This document shows, piece by piece, positions 12,990 through 24,699 of a DNA stretch of 64,000 nucleotides. This stretch comes from Octopus sinensis. Its lineage: Eukaryota. The translations under genes and the position numbers were made by a program. The notes beneath the pieces are model-generated. The model was given only the letters and a program-made list of their open reading frames with translations, did not search any database and had not been told where the DNA came from. Position 1 is the first letter of the stretch. The number at the start of each line of letters is the position of its first letter. Location of the stretch: NCBI RefSeq assembly GCF_006345805.1, contig NC_043019.1, positions 19,653,360 through 19,717,359 on the forward strand. The letters are read 5' to 3'.

Positions 12990-13860
12990 TGTTCAAAGAA
13001 GACTTCAAAAGTAGCTAGCTGAGATTTCTCTTGAAAATTGACAAAATTTGACATTGTTGTGCTAACAAGCACCTGCAGAAAAAAGGGTTTAGCCTCCAAC
13101 GACTTTCATGCTGACATGGTTTCTACATTAGGGGATGACAACCCAGTTTCATCAACAGTGCAAAAGTGGGCAACTGATGTTAGGAGAGGAAGTGACTCAA
13201 GGTCTAGACGTTTTGCAACTGTCACAATCGAGGAAAACATTGATCAGGTTCACCATATGGTGAGAGATGACAGGCGATTGACTATAAATCAAATAACCAA
13301 TGCTACTAGCATATCTTGTTAGAAAGTTGAGAATATTCTGCACGATAGACTTGGCATAACGAAGATTTCTGCTCGGGGGTGCCATATCTTCTGATGTCTG
13401 GTCAAAAGCGCACCAGGCCGATCACATTACGGCAAAATTTGACATTATCTGAGGAAGATACAGCCATTTCCTTAGAACGTTTCCTATCGCAAGAGTGTTA
13501 GCTTCATCACTTTGAGCCAGAGGCAAAGAAACAATCCATATTTCACCAGGACAATGCTGCAGCATACACACAAGTCGTTCGTCTCAATGGCTGCTGTGTA
13601 TAACAGTGACTTTGAGCTTGTTGATCTCCCTATTGTCCTGATTTGGCCCCGTCTGACTGGCATCTATTTGCCAACATATAAAAACCAACAACACTTGGCT
13701 GGAAACGAGCATCACAATGATGATGATGATGTCATATCTGCTGTTGATGACATCTTATACCAACAGGATGAAAGCAAACACTGCAATACCCACGAAAGAA
13801 GTAGGTGGAGCACAGGAGGGGGAATTTGTTGAAAAATAAGCTTCAGTTTATCACATTCTT
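12990..13860 (+). mobile_element. Degenerate mariner (SETMAR-like) transposon
   Basis: Has an HTH region (FHADMVSTLGDD..STVQKW..RRG), WxPHxL-like sequence, and IFHQDNA and DLPxxPDLAPSD-like remnants. Confidence 0.75.
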
Positions 13861-14884
13861 TTATGTTCTGGTGTTGGATGTAGAATTTAGTGAAACAGGG
13901 AGGAAAGAAATATTTACACGATGCAATACGATTACACGAAACTCAACGCTCTCAATGAAAGGCTCACAGTGAACTGCTTACCAATCCGAGCTGCCAATCG
14001 CCCACAGTTCTTTACTTTATAACAATGACTCAGTCCACCTTTAGTCACTTGGGGATGGTCGGAATCCTTCCACAACACATTCCATGATAGTATCCTGGTA
14101 AACTTTTCAGCTGACCTTTATACTTCAGCACCCAACACCAAATCATTGCCGACCCTCTACAAAGATCGGCCGGGACCCACAACGGAGTATTGCTCCCACA
14201 TTTGTGACAGGAGTGCTGAGCATACTGGCATAAAGCCAAACACAGAAGCACGCACACACACACACACACACACACACAGATATATATGTATATAAAAGGC
14301 AAACTTTATATCCAACTTAACGTGGACATTTTGTTAGAATGCCGAATACTGGGTTATTTACTTTGATAGGCTCTTTCATATGGACGCATGGTATTTAAAA
14401 CTACACATATTTATATCGTCTGCCGGCGAAAATTGTCTGCTAAGGGCGCTGATAGCCAGATCATGTGATTTCGACTTACACGATCTTCTCAGTGGCAGAC
14501 ATCTGGTTAGTTGCTTACCAGCCGATTCTCAACAATATATAGAATTTCAGTGTTTGTTCGGGCAAACACTTAGTAGTGCCTCTTTTCCCCGAATGATGGA
14601 TGCATGCATTTCAGAATAGTAATCTCCACTTCAGCCTCAAACAGTGGAAGATACTACGGACTGACAAGACATAGATTTCCCTTATTGTATTCCAGTCAGC
14701 GTACTGCAGCTAGTTGCGCTGCTCGGCGACTCGGCCGTAAAAACAAAACAAAAAAAAATAGAAAAGAAGTACTAAGAATACTAATACTTATTCCCCGTTC
14801 AAATATGGCTGAAGCATATTCGAACCTGTTCGAAAGCGATTCACTGCGTATTGTCATGGCGAAAATTTCTCGCAGTAGACAAAT

Positions 14885-15232
14885 GGGTGACTTATACTTA
14901 TTTCCTCGACCTCGAAAGGTTGAAAGGCAAAGTCGACCTCGGCGGAATTTGAACTCAGAACGCAAAGCTAAAAGAAACGTTGCCAAACATATGTCCATTG
15001 CGCTAATGATTCTTATTTCTTTGTTGCCCACAAAGGGCTAAACATAGGACATACAAAGGGATAAAGTCGATTACATCGACCCCAGTGCGTAACTGGTACT
15101 TAATTTATCGACCCCGAAAGGATGAAAGGCAAAGTCGACCTCGGCGGAATTTGAACTCAGAACGTAACGGCAGACGAAATACTGCTAAGCATTTCGCCTG
15201 GCATGCTAACGTTTCTGCCAGATCGCCACCTG
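14885..15232 (-). mobile_element. Two tandem partial SINE copies (family C; core resembles the Nin domain)
   Basis: CGACCCCGAAAGGATGAAAGGCAAAGTCGACCTCGGCGGAATTTGAACTCAGAACG occurs at about 14907-14962 and 15109-15164. The same family occurs at 61677-61876. Confidence 0.65.
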
Positions 15233-15358
15233 TTGCGCTAATGATTCTGACAGCTCAGCAGCAGCAGCAACAACAACAACAACAACAAACAACAACAACA
15301 ACAACAACCACGAATGTAATTTTCTAATTTTGTTTTTATTTTATTTATCGTCCTGCAG

Positions 15359-15597
15359 GGACCGGTGCCTGTCTAGCGTATGTATCAATCTTTATTGCGA
15401 TTGGACAACACTTCGAGAGTGTGCGCATACCTAACGCACTGATCAGCGTCGGATTCACATGTGGAATATTTGGTTTGTCCAAGATAATGCAGATCTTGAC
15501 CGAATATTATACCTGGCGTGGAGGTCTAATTATCATTTCAGGGCTGCTCTTCAACAACTGCATTGCTGGTTTATTATTGACCAACAGCAAGCACAAG
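15359..15597 (+). CDS. SLC16-like gene, exon B (TM4-TM6)
   Basis: Acceptor tcctgcag at 15358 and donor GTCAGT at 15598, phase 1/0. Peptide GTGACLAYVSIFIAIGQHFESVRIPNALISVGFTCGIFGLSKIMQILTEYYTWRGGLIIISGLLFNNCIAGLLL contains the MCT WRG motif. Confidence 0.9.
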
Positions 15598-15817
15598 GTC
15601 AGTATTTAACAAAATGATTTTCTTTTCTTTTTCTTGTTTTAGTTGTTGGACATGGCCATGCTGGGGTTCCACCTTGAAGGCTTTAGTCGTAAAAATCAAT
15701 CCCAGTACTTATTTTTAAGTCTGATACTTATCCTATCAATTTTTTTTGCCGAATGCTTAGTAATGAGGACGTAAACAAACTAACATCAGTTATCAAGTGA
15801 TGGCGTTGGTGACTCAC

Positions 15818-15849
<32 letters not shown>

Positions 15850-16990
15850 GCCGAGCGTCCAAGCGTTCATCTAAGTAAGGTTTCCAGTTTTCTACAAAAT
15901 ATTTATGGAAGTCCAAACCGTATTTTAATTTAGATTGTTTGTATATCTGTAACATGTAAGTTGGTGCCACTTTTGCACCCATCACGACCCCACATATTTG
16001 CTTATAAATATTGCCATGCGTGGTTAATTCTGTGGTCGTATACATCTGATACGCTTTTGATTTCAAAAACTTAATTAACAGCATAAATAATGGTATTAAC
16101 TTCACCATAAGACGCAATAAACTCAACTACCATTCTTGGACGTTCTAATTATCAGAACAAACATAAACACTGAAACAGACATTCACTACAACCCAATAGA
16201 TTCAAAAGAATACATGCTGTCCTCCTCATGCCATCCCCAAAACACGAAAACTAATAAACCATTTAATCTTGCAAGAAGAATCTGCATAATTGTTTCAAAT
16301 TTTGAAACTCTTAATAAGACTCCAGAAATTAAAATAAGCAATATTCGTCAATAATAATAATCAATGGAATAGAACGTGCCAAAACAATAAATATTCAAGA
16401 ATTACGGAAAACAAAAAACACTTCAAATATGCTCAATGTCCTGTACTTTATTACAACACAGAATCTAAAAAACACAGATGTGTTCAACATTATTCACCAG
16501 ATCATTGCACTTCTGAGACAAGATCCAAGAATGAAACAAGTACTCCAAATTCACAAAACAATCAAAAAGACAATCAAAATCCCTCAAAAGACTACTCACC
16601 AGCGCTAAATTATCTTCCACATATCCCACACCAACAATCGAAATGTGTGGCCACGGGATTTGGATCAACCTCATTGAAAACAAAACATAAAAATTGAAAT
16701 CAGGACAAATTTTCACCATATTCTATAAAATGTAAATAATGTAACGAGGATTATACAAGTCAAACAAAACCTACTCTCAGAAATGGACTGGCTATTCACT
16801 ATCAACAAATACAAGATCCCAGTATTAGACAGCTCCCATTGAGTGGGTACATAGAAATATGTTTAAAAAGTAAGTCTCCTCACTTCCAAGTCTTCCCACT
16901 TTATCTTTGTTCAGTCAATAACGAGTAAACAAAGAAAATATATTCATACAAAAACACAAATTGAGTAGACTTTAACAAAATATATTCACT
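15850..16990. mobile_element. Penelope-like element with an inverted 5' part (RT core on -, thumb and GIY-YIG remnants on +)
   Basis: Minus strand 16126 to 15860 gives GNIYKQICGVVMGAKVAPTY..WKPYLD. Plus strand from 16134 gives LDVLII..ETDIHYNPIDSKEY..HPQNTK..PFNLARRICIIV and then decayed endonuclease sequence. Confidence 0.75.
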
Positions 16991-17632
16991 AACAACTGTT
17001 CACACACGAACACATTCTGCCACTTGACACGTTGATTTTACAGGCAACAACCTTTGGGCACAGTCATGACTTTTTCTCTCATGGTACTAAAGCACAAATT
17101 TAGTAGAAAACAAAATTGTATGCCTACATACATACAAAGGATATATATTCAGTCATTGGATATACTAAATTCGCAAAGCCTCGATTTCTTTGATTCTCAA
17201 TAGTCACGTGCAGTGAAACATAACAACTTTCACTTTTGGATTACTCTCCTTGCCTTGATTTACGTGCGACAAATAAGTTCACAAAATTCCAAGTCATTCT
17301 ACTTTACCTTCATTCAAGCAATTTAAACACGAATAAATAAATTAAATATTTTTGCATAAGAATACAAGCTACGACTGAAATAACATCACCGAACTACACA
17401 AACACTAACCCACGGGCAATAAATGAGATCTAACAAAATTTAATGAGTACACACAAAAACAATTCCTATCCACTCAGTCACTTGACAGATTGAATTTAGA
17501 GAGTCTTGATTGTTTGGGACTGTCACTGGATACGGCACTCAACCTTGTTGGCCTTAACTTACAGCACAAAAATTTTGTGACATGATATCAGTGCACGTAC
17601 GTAGTGAGGGACTTTAAAATATTTCTAAGCCT

Positions 17633-17818
17633 AATCCCGCGATCAATCTCCGCCCATCAAATTAATCCCGCGATCAATCACCGCCCATCAAATTAATCCT
17701 GCGATCAATCTCCGCTCATCAAATTAATCCCGCGATCAATCTCCGCCAATCAAATTAATCCTGCGATCAATCTCCGCCAATCAAATTAATCCCGCGATCA
17801 ACCTCCGCCAATCAAATT
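17633..17818. repeat. 31-bp minisatellite, 6 copies
   Basis: Unit AATCCCGCGATCAATCTCCGCCMATCAAATT repeated head-to-tail with no spacers. Confidence 0.95.
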
Positions 17819-18014
17819 ATATGCTTAACAAATACTCATTTGAACTATATTCTTTCCATAAAAGCAAGAGAATTTTCGAACTCCAGTCAGAAGCAAAGAA
17901 ATTTGCGGCATGGCCCCCACCCACGTCTTTCTATCAATCTTTTAAAAATCAGAAAATTCTGTGAAACCAGTTAAACTAAACCCTCCAAAAGAATCCCAGT
18001 GCAATTCAACTTCT

Positions 18015-18056
<42 letters not shown>

Positions 18057-18187
18057 TGTATGTGTGTATGTGTGTGTGTGTGTTTGTGTGTGTGGGGGGG
18101 GTATGTATATGCGTCTGTAAATGCATAAGTGTACTTACAGTTTTATCTATCTCTTTCTATTTTATCTATTTTTTTCTTTTCGTTCAG

Positions 18188-18698
18188 GAGAAACCGATTC
18201 TGAAGAAGAAGAAGCTCCTTCCCGACAGATTGTTTGACATCTCCATTCTCAAGAACTTCTTTTTCATGTATTACGTTCTTGTCACCTGTTTCGTCTACAG
18301 CAGTCTTTTGATTTTCGTCACCTTCATGGTTGACTACGCACGCGAGAAAGGCATCAGCGAGGACGATGGTGCCAACATGCTATTCATGTATGGTATTGGA
18401 TCAATCCCTGGGGGTTTCGTAGCGATGGTCATCATGGCTTATCGGACAGTCACGGCTTGGGATGTCCAAGCTGTTTGCGTCGTTGTCGCCGGAGTGGCGC
18501 TGGCCTTGTTCCCTATGTTCTCAACATTCGAAAGTCTGTCTGCCATATCGGCGTTGCTTGGTATTGCAATTGGTATGGTGACAGCAGTCTACACCACAGT
18601 TGCCATGGAAACGCTGGGGACCGAGAAGTATTCGTCTGGTTTGGGTTTCACAGGAACTGCAATGGGTGCCATTATGTTTATAGTCTCCTACACGTCAG
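18188..18698 (+). CDS. SLC16-like gene, exon C (TM7-TM11)
   Basis: Acceptor tttttcgttcag at 18187 and donor GTGAAG at 18699, phase 0/1. Peptide LFDISILKNFFF..FMVDYAREKGIS..GTEKYSSGLGF matches the MCT C-domain. Confidence 0.9.
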
Positions 18699-18773
18699 GT
18701 GAAGTACAAAGCGGAAAAGTACTTTCCGTCCCTTTCTTTCTTTTTTTTTTTCTTTTCAAACATTTTTCTTAGA

Positions 18774-18813
<40 letters not shown>

Positions 18814-18916
18814 TCATAAATGAGGGTGAAAAATTAGATATTAATTTAATAATACCATCAGTTTAACACCAAGTGGCTTAGCACATAAAAAACCAGGGCG
18901 ACAATACAAATATACA

Positions 18917-19204
18917 TAAATATAAGAGAGTTACCGCTAAGTGGTTAACTCTAGTGCTAAAAATAGCTCCTTATTCTGGTATAGCCACCGAAGTTGTTTA
19001 TAGATAAATATGTGAGTATAATTGGATATTATATTAATAAAGAAACAATTGTTCAGCATTAATCTATCTTTTCGTTGTATTTCGCTTTCCTTACGTTGAA
19101 GGTAATGTTATCTCTTGGTGGAAACAACTTCGGTGGCTATACCAGAATAAGGAGCTATTTTTAGCACTAAAGTTAACCACTTAGCGGTAACTCTCTTATA
19201 TTTA
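18917..19204. repeat. Long inverted repeat (about 83-bp arms, about 122-nt spacer)
   Basis: 18917-18999 is the reverse complement of 19122-19204 with one mismatch seen. Confidence 0.9.
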
Positions 19205-19309
19205 TATATATATATATATATACATCAAACATACACACACGCACAGGTACATGCGTATGAATATATGCATGCATGTATACATATAAACACATACCTTAAG
19301 AACTAGGAT

Positions 19310-19500
19310 GCATGTATGTATGTATGTATGTATGTATGTATGTATGTATGTATGTATGTATGTATGTATGTATGTAGGTATGTATGGATGTATGTATGTA
19401 TATATGTATGTAGGGTATGGATGTATGTGTGCGTGTATGTGTGTATGTATGTATGTATGTATGTATGTTTGTATGTATGTATGTATGTTTGTATGTATGA
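19310..19500. repeat. (TATG)n microsatellite
   Basis: Direct inspection. Confidence 0.95.
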
Positions 19501-19598
19501 ACACACGCACACACACAGAAGCTTACTCTGTTTTCTGTTCTTTATCAGAAAAGACATTTCTATTCATTCTTTATATATAAGTACCAAAGACATATATA

Positions 19599-19632
<34 letters not shown>

Positions 19633-19633
<1 letters not shown>

Positions 19634-19930
19634 AAGCGCGTGGCTTAGTGATTAGTCTATTCTGCTCACAATCGTAAGGTTGTGAGTTCGATTCCAGGTG
19701 GTGTGTTGTGTCTTTGAGCAAGATACTTTCTTTCACATTGCCTCAGTCCACTCATGTAGCTCAAAGGGCCAACCTTATAACATTTTGTTTCACACTGAAT
19801 CTCTTTCAGAACTAAGTTAAGGTTGCGCGTGTCTGTGGAGTGCTCAGCCACTTGCACGATAATTTTACGAGCAGGCTGTTTCGTTGATTGCATCGATTGG
19901 AGCCCTCATCGTCATAACACGCGGAGCGCC
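19633..19930 (+). mobile_element. tRNA-derived SINE (diverged)
   Basis: Head GCGTGGCTTAGTGATTAG..GTGAGTTCGATTCC followed by GTGTCTTTGAGCAAGATACT. The 3' part matches 9760-9870. Confidence 0.7.
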
Positions 19931-19967
19931 AGTTGCACGTACATATGTATGTTTGTTTTACTTTTAT

Positions 19968-20036
<69 letters not shown>

Positions 20037-20743
20037 ACGGGTAGGATTGATTAGTAAACAATATTAAGAAATGTCGGAGTCAGCAGTTGTAACGATAAAA
20101 ATTTGTTATTATAATTGCATACTGTAGTATGTGAAAGATGAAGTTTTAAGAAAATATTTATTTACCATTACGTTAAAACAGCTTACCTCGACGGGCAGGT
20201 TTATGATAGATCCAAAAAACACGCGAAAGAAAGTTAGATGCGGTAGAATGTTTCTTTGCATAGTTTGGCGCATACGAACAGTTAGTAGTAATCCGCAGAT
20301 AGCGACAGAATGATATAAGAGAACAGAATTGGAGCTAGAGAGAATTGTTGGGTGTTGTCTCACAGTTGCTGACAGTAAACTCCATTTCTCCTTTTGAACA
20401 AGGTTCTAGCTGGTCAGACAGACTTCGTTCTCATTGAGTCGTCACCGACTGACTTTTGTTTGGGGTGTTCTTGCTTTTATAACTATCCAGAAAGATAGAC
20501 ATATCATTGAGAACAATAGATTTAGTTGGTGGTCTTGTTATCTCTATTCTAGCTTTTGGTGAAGTAGAAGAGGTTAGAAAGGGTAAAGTGGTGAAGACAT
20601 TATTTCGGCCTTGCTAAAGGTGTTTGGAAAGTGTAAAACTGCTGTCGAAGAAAACCCACTGTTCCATCGTGGGAAAAGTTTTGTTGCAGTGTTAATTTAA
20701 ATTTGGCTATGGTGGATCGAATCCACTTCATGCTTGCAAGATC

Positions 20744-20776
<33 letters not shown>

Positions 20777-20781
<5 letters not shown>

Positions 20782-21002
20782 CCAGACCCCTCTGGCACCT
20801 GTGCAGGTGGCACGTAAAAAACACCCACTACACTCGCGGAGTGGTTGGCGTTAGGAAGGGCATCCAGCTGTAGAAACACTGCCAGACTAGACTGGAGCCT
20901 GGGGCAGTCCCGAGCTCCCCAGACCCCGGTCGAAACCGTCCAACCCGTGCTAGCGCGGAAAACGGACGTTAAACGATGATGATGATGATGATGATGATGA
21001 TA
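20777..21002 (+). mobile_element. SINE or RTE-tail fragment ending in (GAT)n
   Basis: TGGCGTTAGGAAGGGCATCCAGC...AACCCGTGCTAGCGCGGAAAACGGACGTTAAACGATGATGAT. Confidence 0.6.
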
Positions 21003-21887
21003 ATATATATATATATATATATATATATAAAGAGAGACAGAGAGAGAAAACTTACTTGGAAAAGGATGCGTGACGTTCGATCATATAATGATATAAATAA
21101 TATATAAATATATGAATATATACATACATATATGTACATACCTACATATATAAGTGTATATACATGCATATATGGGTACAGGACATAAAAAAACGTTGAA
21201 CACAATGAGAAACGAAAACATAAAAGCAAAAACATAGAAACGAACATTTTTTCGAACAACGAAAAAAAAGACTAACAGAGAAACGAGACATACAGCATAA
21301 AGGATATTCCCTTCTTCAGTTATCCTTGATTCATCTAATCCACGTTTCGAAGACAAGGACAAGACGCGACTTGAAACAGTCCTTCCCGCAGAGCAAATTA
21401 AATAAAATTTGGAATTTTTTGCGGAGGATGAAAGTGGTAACAAGAAGAGGACAGTGAAAACAAACGGTGAGGACTGTTAAGCCGAGACGATAGAAAATTA
21501 TTCTGAACGTGAGGAAGACGAGCTTATGATGGAGACAGTATACGTTTTTTTCTTTTCGAAGATTGTGGGCAGAAAGACAGAATATCTTTCGTCACGTGTC
21601 AACCAAGAGAGAGTCGAGGAGAAGGAGTGAGAGAGAAGGAACGGTGAAGAGGAGAGGAGAAGAATAGGGAAGGGTGAATTACGATGCGCACTCTTCTACC
21701 ATTACTATCTCTTCTCTCTATATATCTCTCCCTATCTTGTTCTTCATCCTTTATGGTTTTCTCTCCCACCCTTCCCCATTCTTCTCCTCTCCTCTTCACC
21801 GTTCCCTCTTTCTCACTCCTCCTCCTCGACTCTTTCGTCTCTATAACAAAAGCTGTTTGTCATATATATATATATATATATATATAT

Positions 21888-22321
21888 TCTCTTTTACTCT
21901 CTTTTACTCTCTTTTACTCGTTTCAGTCATTTTGACTGTGGCGATGCTGGAGCACCAAATCGACCATGCTGGTCAACCAAATCGACCCCAGAACTTATTC
22001 TTTGTAAGCCTAGTACTTATTCTATCGGTCTCTTTTGCCGAACCGCTAAGTTTTGGGGGCGTAAACACACTAGCATCGGTTGTCGTGCGATGTTGGGGAG
22101 ACAAACACAGACACACATACACACACACACACACAGATATATATATATACATATATACGACGGGCTTCTTTCAGTTTCCGTCTACCAAATCCACTCACAA
22201 GGCTTTGGTCGGCCTGAGGCTATAGTAGAAGACACTTGCCCAAGGTGCCACGCAGTGGGACTGAACCCGGAACCATGTGGTTGGTAAACAAGCTACTTAC
22301 CACACAGCCACTCCTACGCCT
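21888..22321 (-). mobile_element. SINE family A, full-length, minus strand
   Basis: Reverse complement of the family A consensus from head to (GTAAAAGA)n tail. Confidence 0.9.
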
Positions 22322-22412
22322 ATATATATATTATATATATATATATTATATATATATATATATTATATATATATTATATATATATTATATTATATATATA
22401 TTATATATATAT

Positions 22413-22819
22413 AGGCGCAGGAGTGGCTGTGTGGTAAGTAGCTTGCTAACCAACCACATGGTTCCGGGTTCAGTCCCACTGCGTGGCATCTTGGGCAAGT
22501 GTCTTCTACTATAGCCCCGGGCTGACCAATGCCTTGCGAGCGGATTTGGTAGACGGAAACTGAAAGAAGCCTGTCGTATATATGTATATATATATATATA
22601 TGTGTGTGTATGTGTGTGTGTGTGTGTGTGTTTGTCCCCCTAACATTGCTTGATAACCGATGCTGGTGTGTTTATGTCCCTGTCACTTAGCGGTTCGGCA
22701 AAAGAGACCGATGGAATAAGTACTGGGCTTACAAAGAATAAGTCCCGGGGTCGATTTGCTCGACTAAAGGCGGTGCTCCAGCATGGCCGCAGTCAAATGA
22801 CTGAAACAAGTAAAAGAGT
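22413..22819 (+). mobile_element. SINE family A, full-length, plus strand
   Basis: AGGCGCAGGAGTGGCTGTGTGGTAAG...GACTGAAACAAGTAAAAGAG. Confidence 0.9.
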
Positions 22820-22984
22820 ATATATAATATATAAAAACAATAAGAGGCTTCCAAATAGGAAAGCCTTGTGCTAGAAAGAGCAGTAGAAAACTCAGACCAC
22901 CAAATATGGATAAATTCTCGAAAGGAATGAAAATTAAAAACGTTTACCATCTCAATTGTTATTTATTATGTTTAAATATTTTTG

Positions 22985-24405
22985 ATAAATTTGTTCGAAA
23001 TTTTTACCGGCATCCTCATGTAACCACACTCCAAGTTTTCCAGCTATGCCGAGGTCATGCAGTTTGTGGCATATCATACCATGATCCACCTTGTCAAAAG
23101 CTTTTGCAAAATCAAGGTAGAATACGTCCACATTTGATTTGTTGAGTAACTGCCTCAACACCCAGTCATAATGTTGTGCGAGCTGGGTCAGGCAGCTCCT
23201 ACCTGGTCGAAAACCATGCTGGGTATCACTCAGCAAGTTATTTTCCTCAAGGAATGCGATTAGTTTCTTTCTGACTATCCGCTCAATGACTTTGCTGATG
23301 TGTGAAGTCAGAGAGATAGGCCTACAGTTTTTGGCATCTGCTCTACTTCCCCCTTTATGTATTGGGCATATTACTCCCTCCTTCAGCTTGCTTGGCAGTT
23401 TGCTATTTGTAAGAAAGCTCTGGAAGAGAATCTTGAGGGGTTTTGCCAGGGCATGCTTACACGCTTTGAGGAGGATGGCTGGGAAACCATCAGGACCAGC
23501 AGTTGAGTTTGTATCTACTTCATCTATGGCTAGTAGGACATCTTTTTCGCTAATGTCAATACATTCTATTGTAACTGCCTCGCTGGTTATAGGTGAAGCG
23601 GCAAAGAAGTCCACTGGTTCGTTCACTTGTTTGTGTTCCATCGGGGTGGTAAAGACACTTTTGAACTGGTCATTCAGCATCTCACTGATCTTAGTTGAAA
23701 TGTCTGTGAGGGAGCCATCCTTTTGGAGGGGGGCTCCTATCTTGTAGTGTACTGAGACTGTTTCTTTCGCGTAATGAAAGAAGGCCTTTGGGTTTGATTT
23801 ATTGTTTTCTATAACCCAGGCTTCTTTGTCTGCCTTCTCCTTCACATAGGATTGTTGCAGCCTTTTCGCGATTTCCATCAGTGTTGTTTTTAGGCAGGAC
23901 GTTTCGCTACTTTTGGGATGTTGGTTGAGACGATTTGCAACCTTCGTCCATCGTCTCATGAGGATCTTTCTGTCTCTTGGAATCTTGCTCCTATTTGTTT
24001 TGGCCTTGTGCTCTGGGATATATTTCTAGCATACGGCTTGCACAGAAGACATGAAACATTCTAGTTTCATGTCAATGTCTGGTGCGGAGAGATATTTCGG
24101 CCAGTCCTCTCTGAGGATTTCTTTTTGGATCAATTTCCAATCTGCTTTGTGGAAGTTCAGATTGGAGAGATTTCGGGTGCTTCCTTTAGGCTGTATGACT
24201 CTGGTTACTTTCGGCCCAAGCATAGACAGCTCTATTATGTTGTGATCCGAGACAAATGTCGGTGCCACTTTTACATCATGAATGATGTCCATATTGTTCG
24301 TGAAGCAGAGATCCAGAATGTTATTCGCCCTAGTTGGCTTGAATACAACTTGCTCCATGAATAAGGCATTGGTGAGGTTGAGCAGGGACTCCACCTGTAC
24401 TTGCT
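22985..24405 (-). mobile_element. CR1/L2-group LINE internal fragment (EN end to RT motif A)
   Basis: Translates to PTRANNILDL..SDHNII, GPDGFP, RPISLTS, QHGFRPGRSC and YLDFAKAFDKVDH. Same family as 24700-28212. Confidence 0.9.
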
Positions 24406-24410
24406 TGCAA

Positions 24411-24458
<48 letters not shown>

Positions 24459-24530
24459 CCGGAAGTAAACACTTAAATGTGAAACAAGGTGGAAAAAAGA
24501 GTACTCAAATACCAGTGGTAGAGTAATAGG

Positions 24531-24659
24531 CTTTATTTAAAGCAGCAGAAAATTCAACAAAACCTGTTACTCTGAGTTTCTAGCAAAAACTGTCCAATGA
24601 ACGGCAACGGGAAACTCAGAGTAACAGGTTTTGTTGAATTTTCTGCTGCTTTAAATAAA

Positions 24660-24660
<1 letters not shown>
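24531..24660. repeat. Perfect 50-bp inverted repeat with a 30-nt loop
   Basis: 24531-24580 is the exact reverse complement of 24611-24660. Confidence 0.95.

Positions 24661-24699
<39 letters not shown>

Noticed and set aside
17633-17818. Regular 31-bp repeats as a possible CRISPR array
   Set aside because: They are contiguous tandem units with no unique spacers, no cas genes are present, and the context is eukaryotic.
20405-20460. Possible hammerhead on the minus strand (and another at about 52130-52200)
   Set aside because: The core deviates at three or more positions and the stems cannot be assigned consistently.
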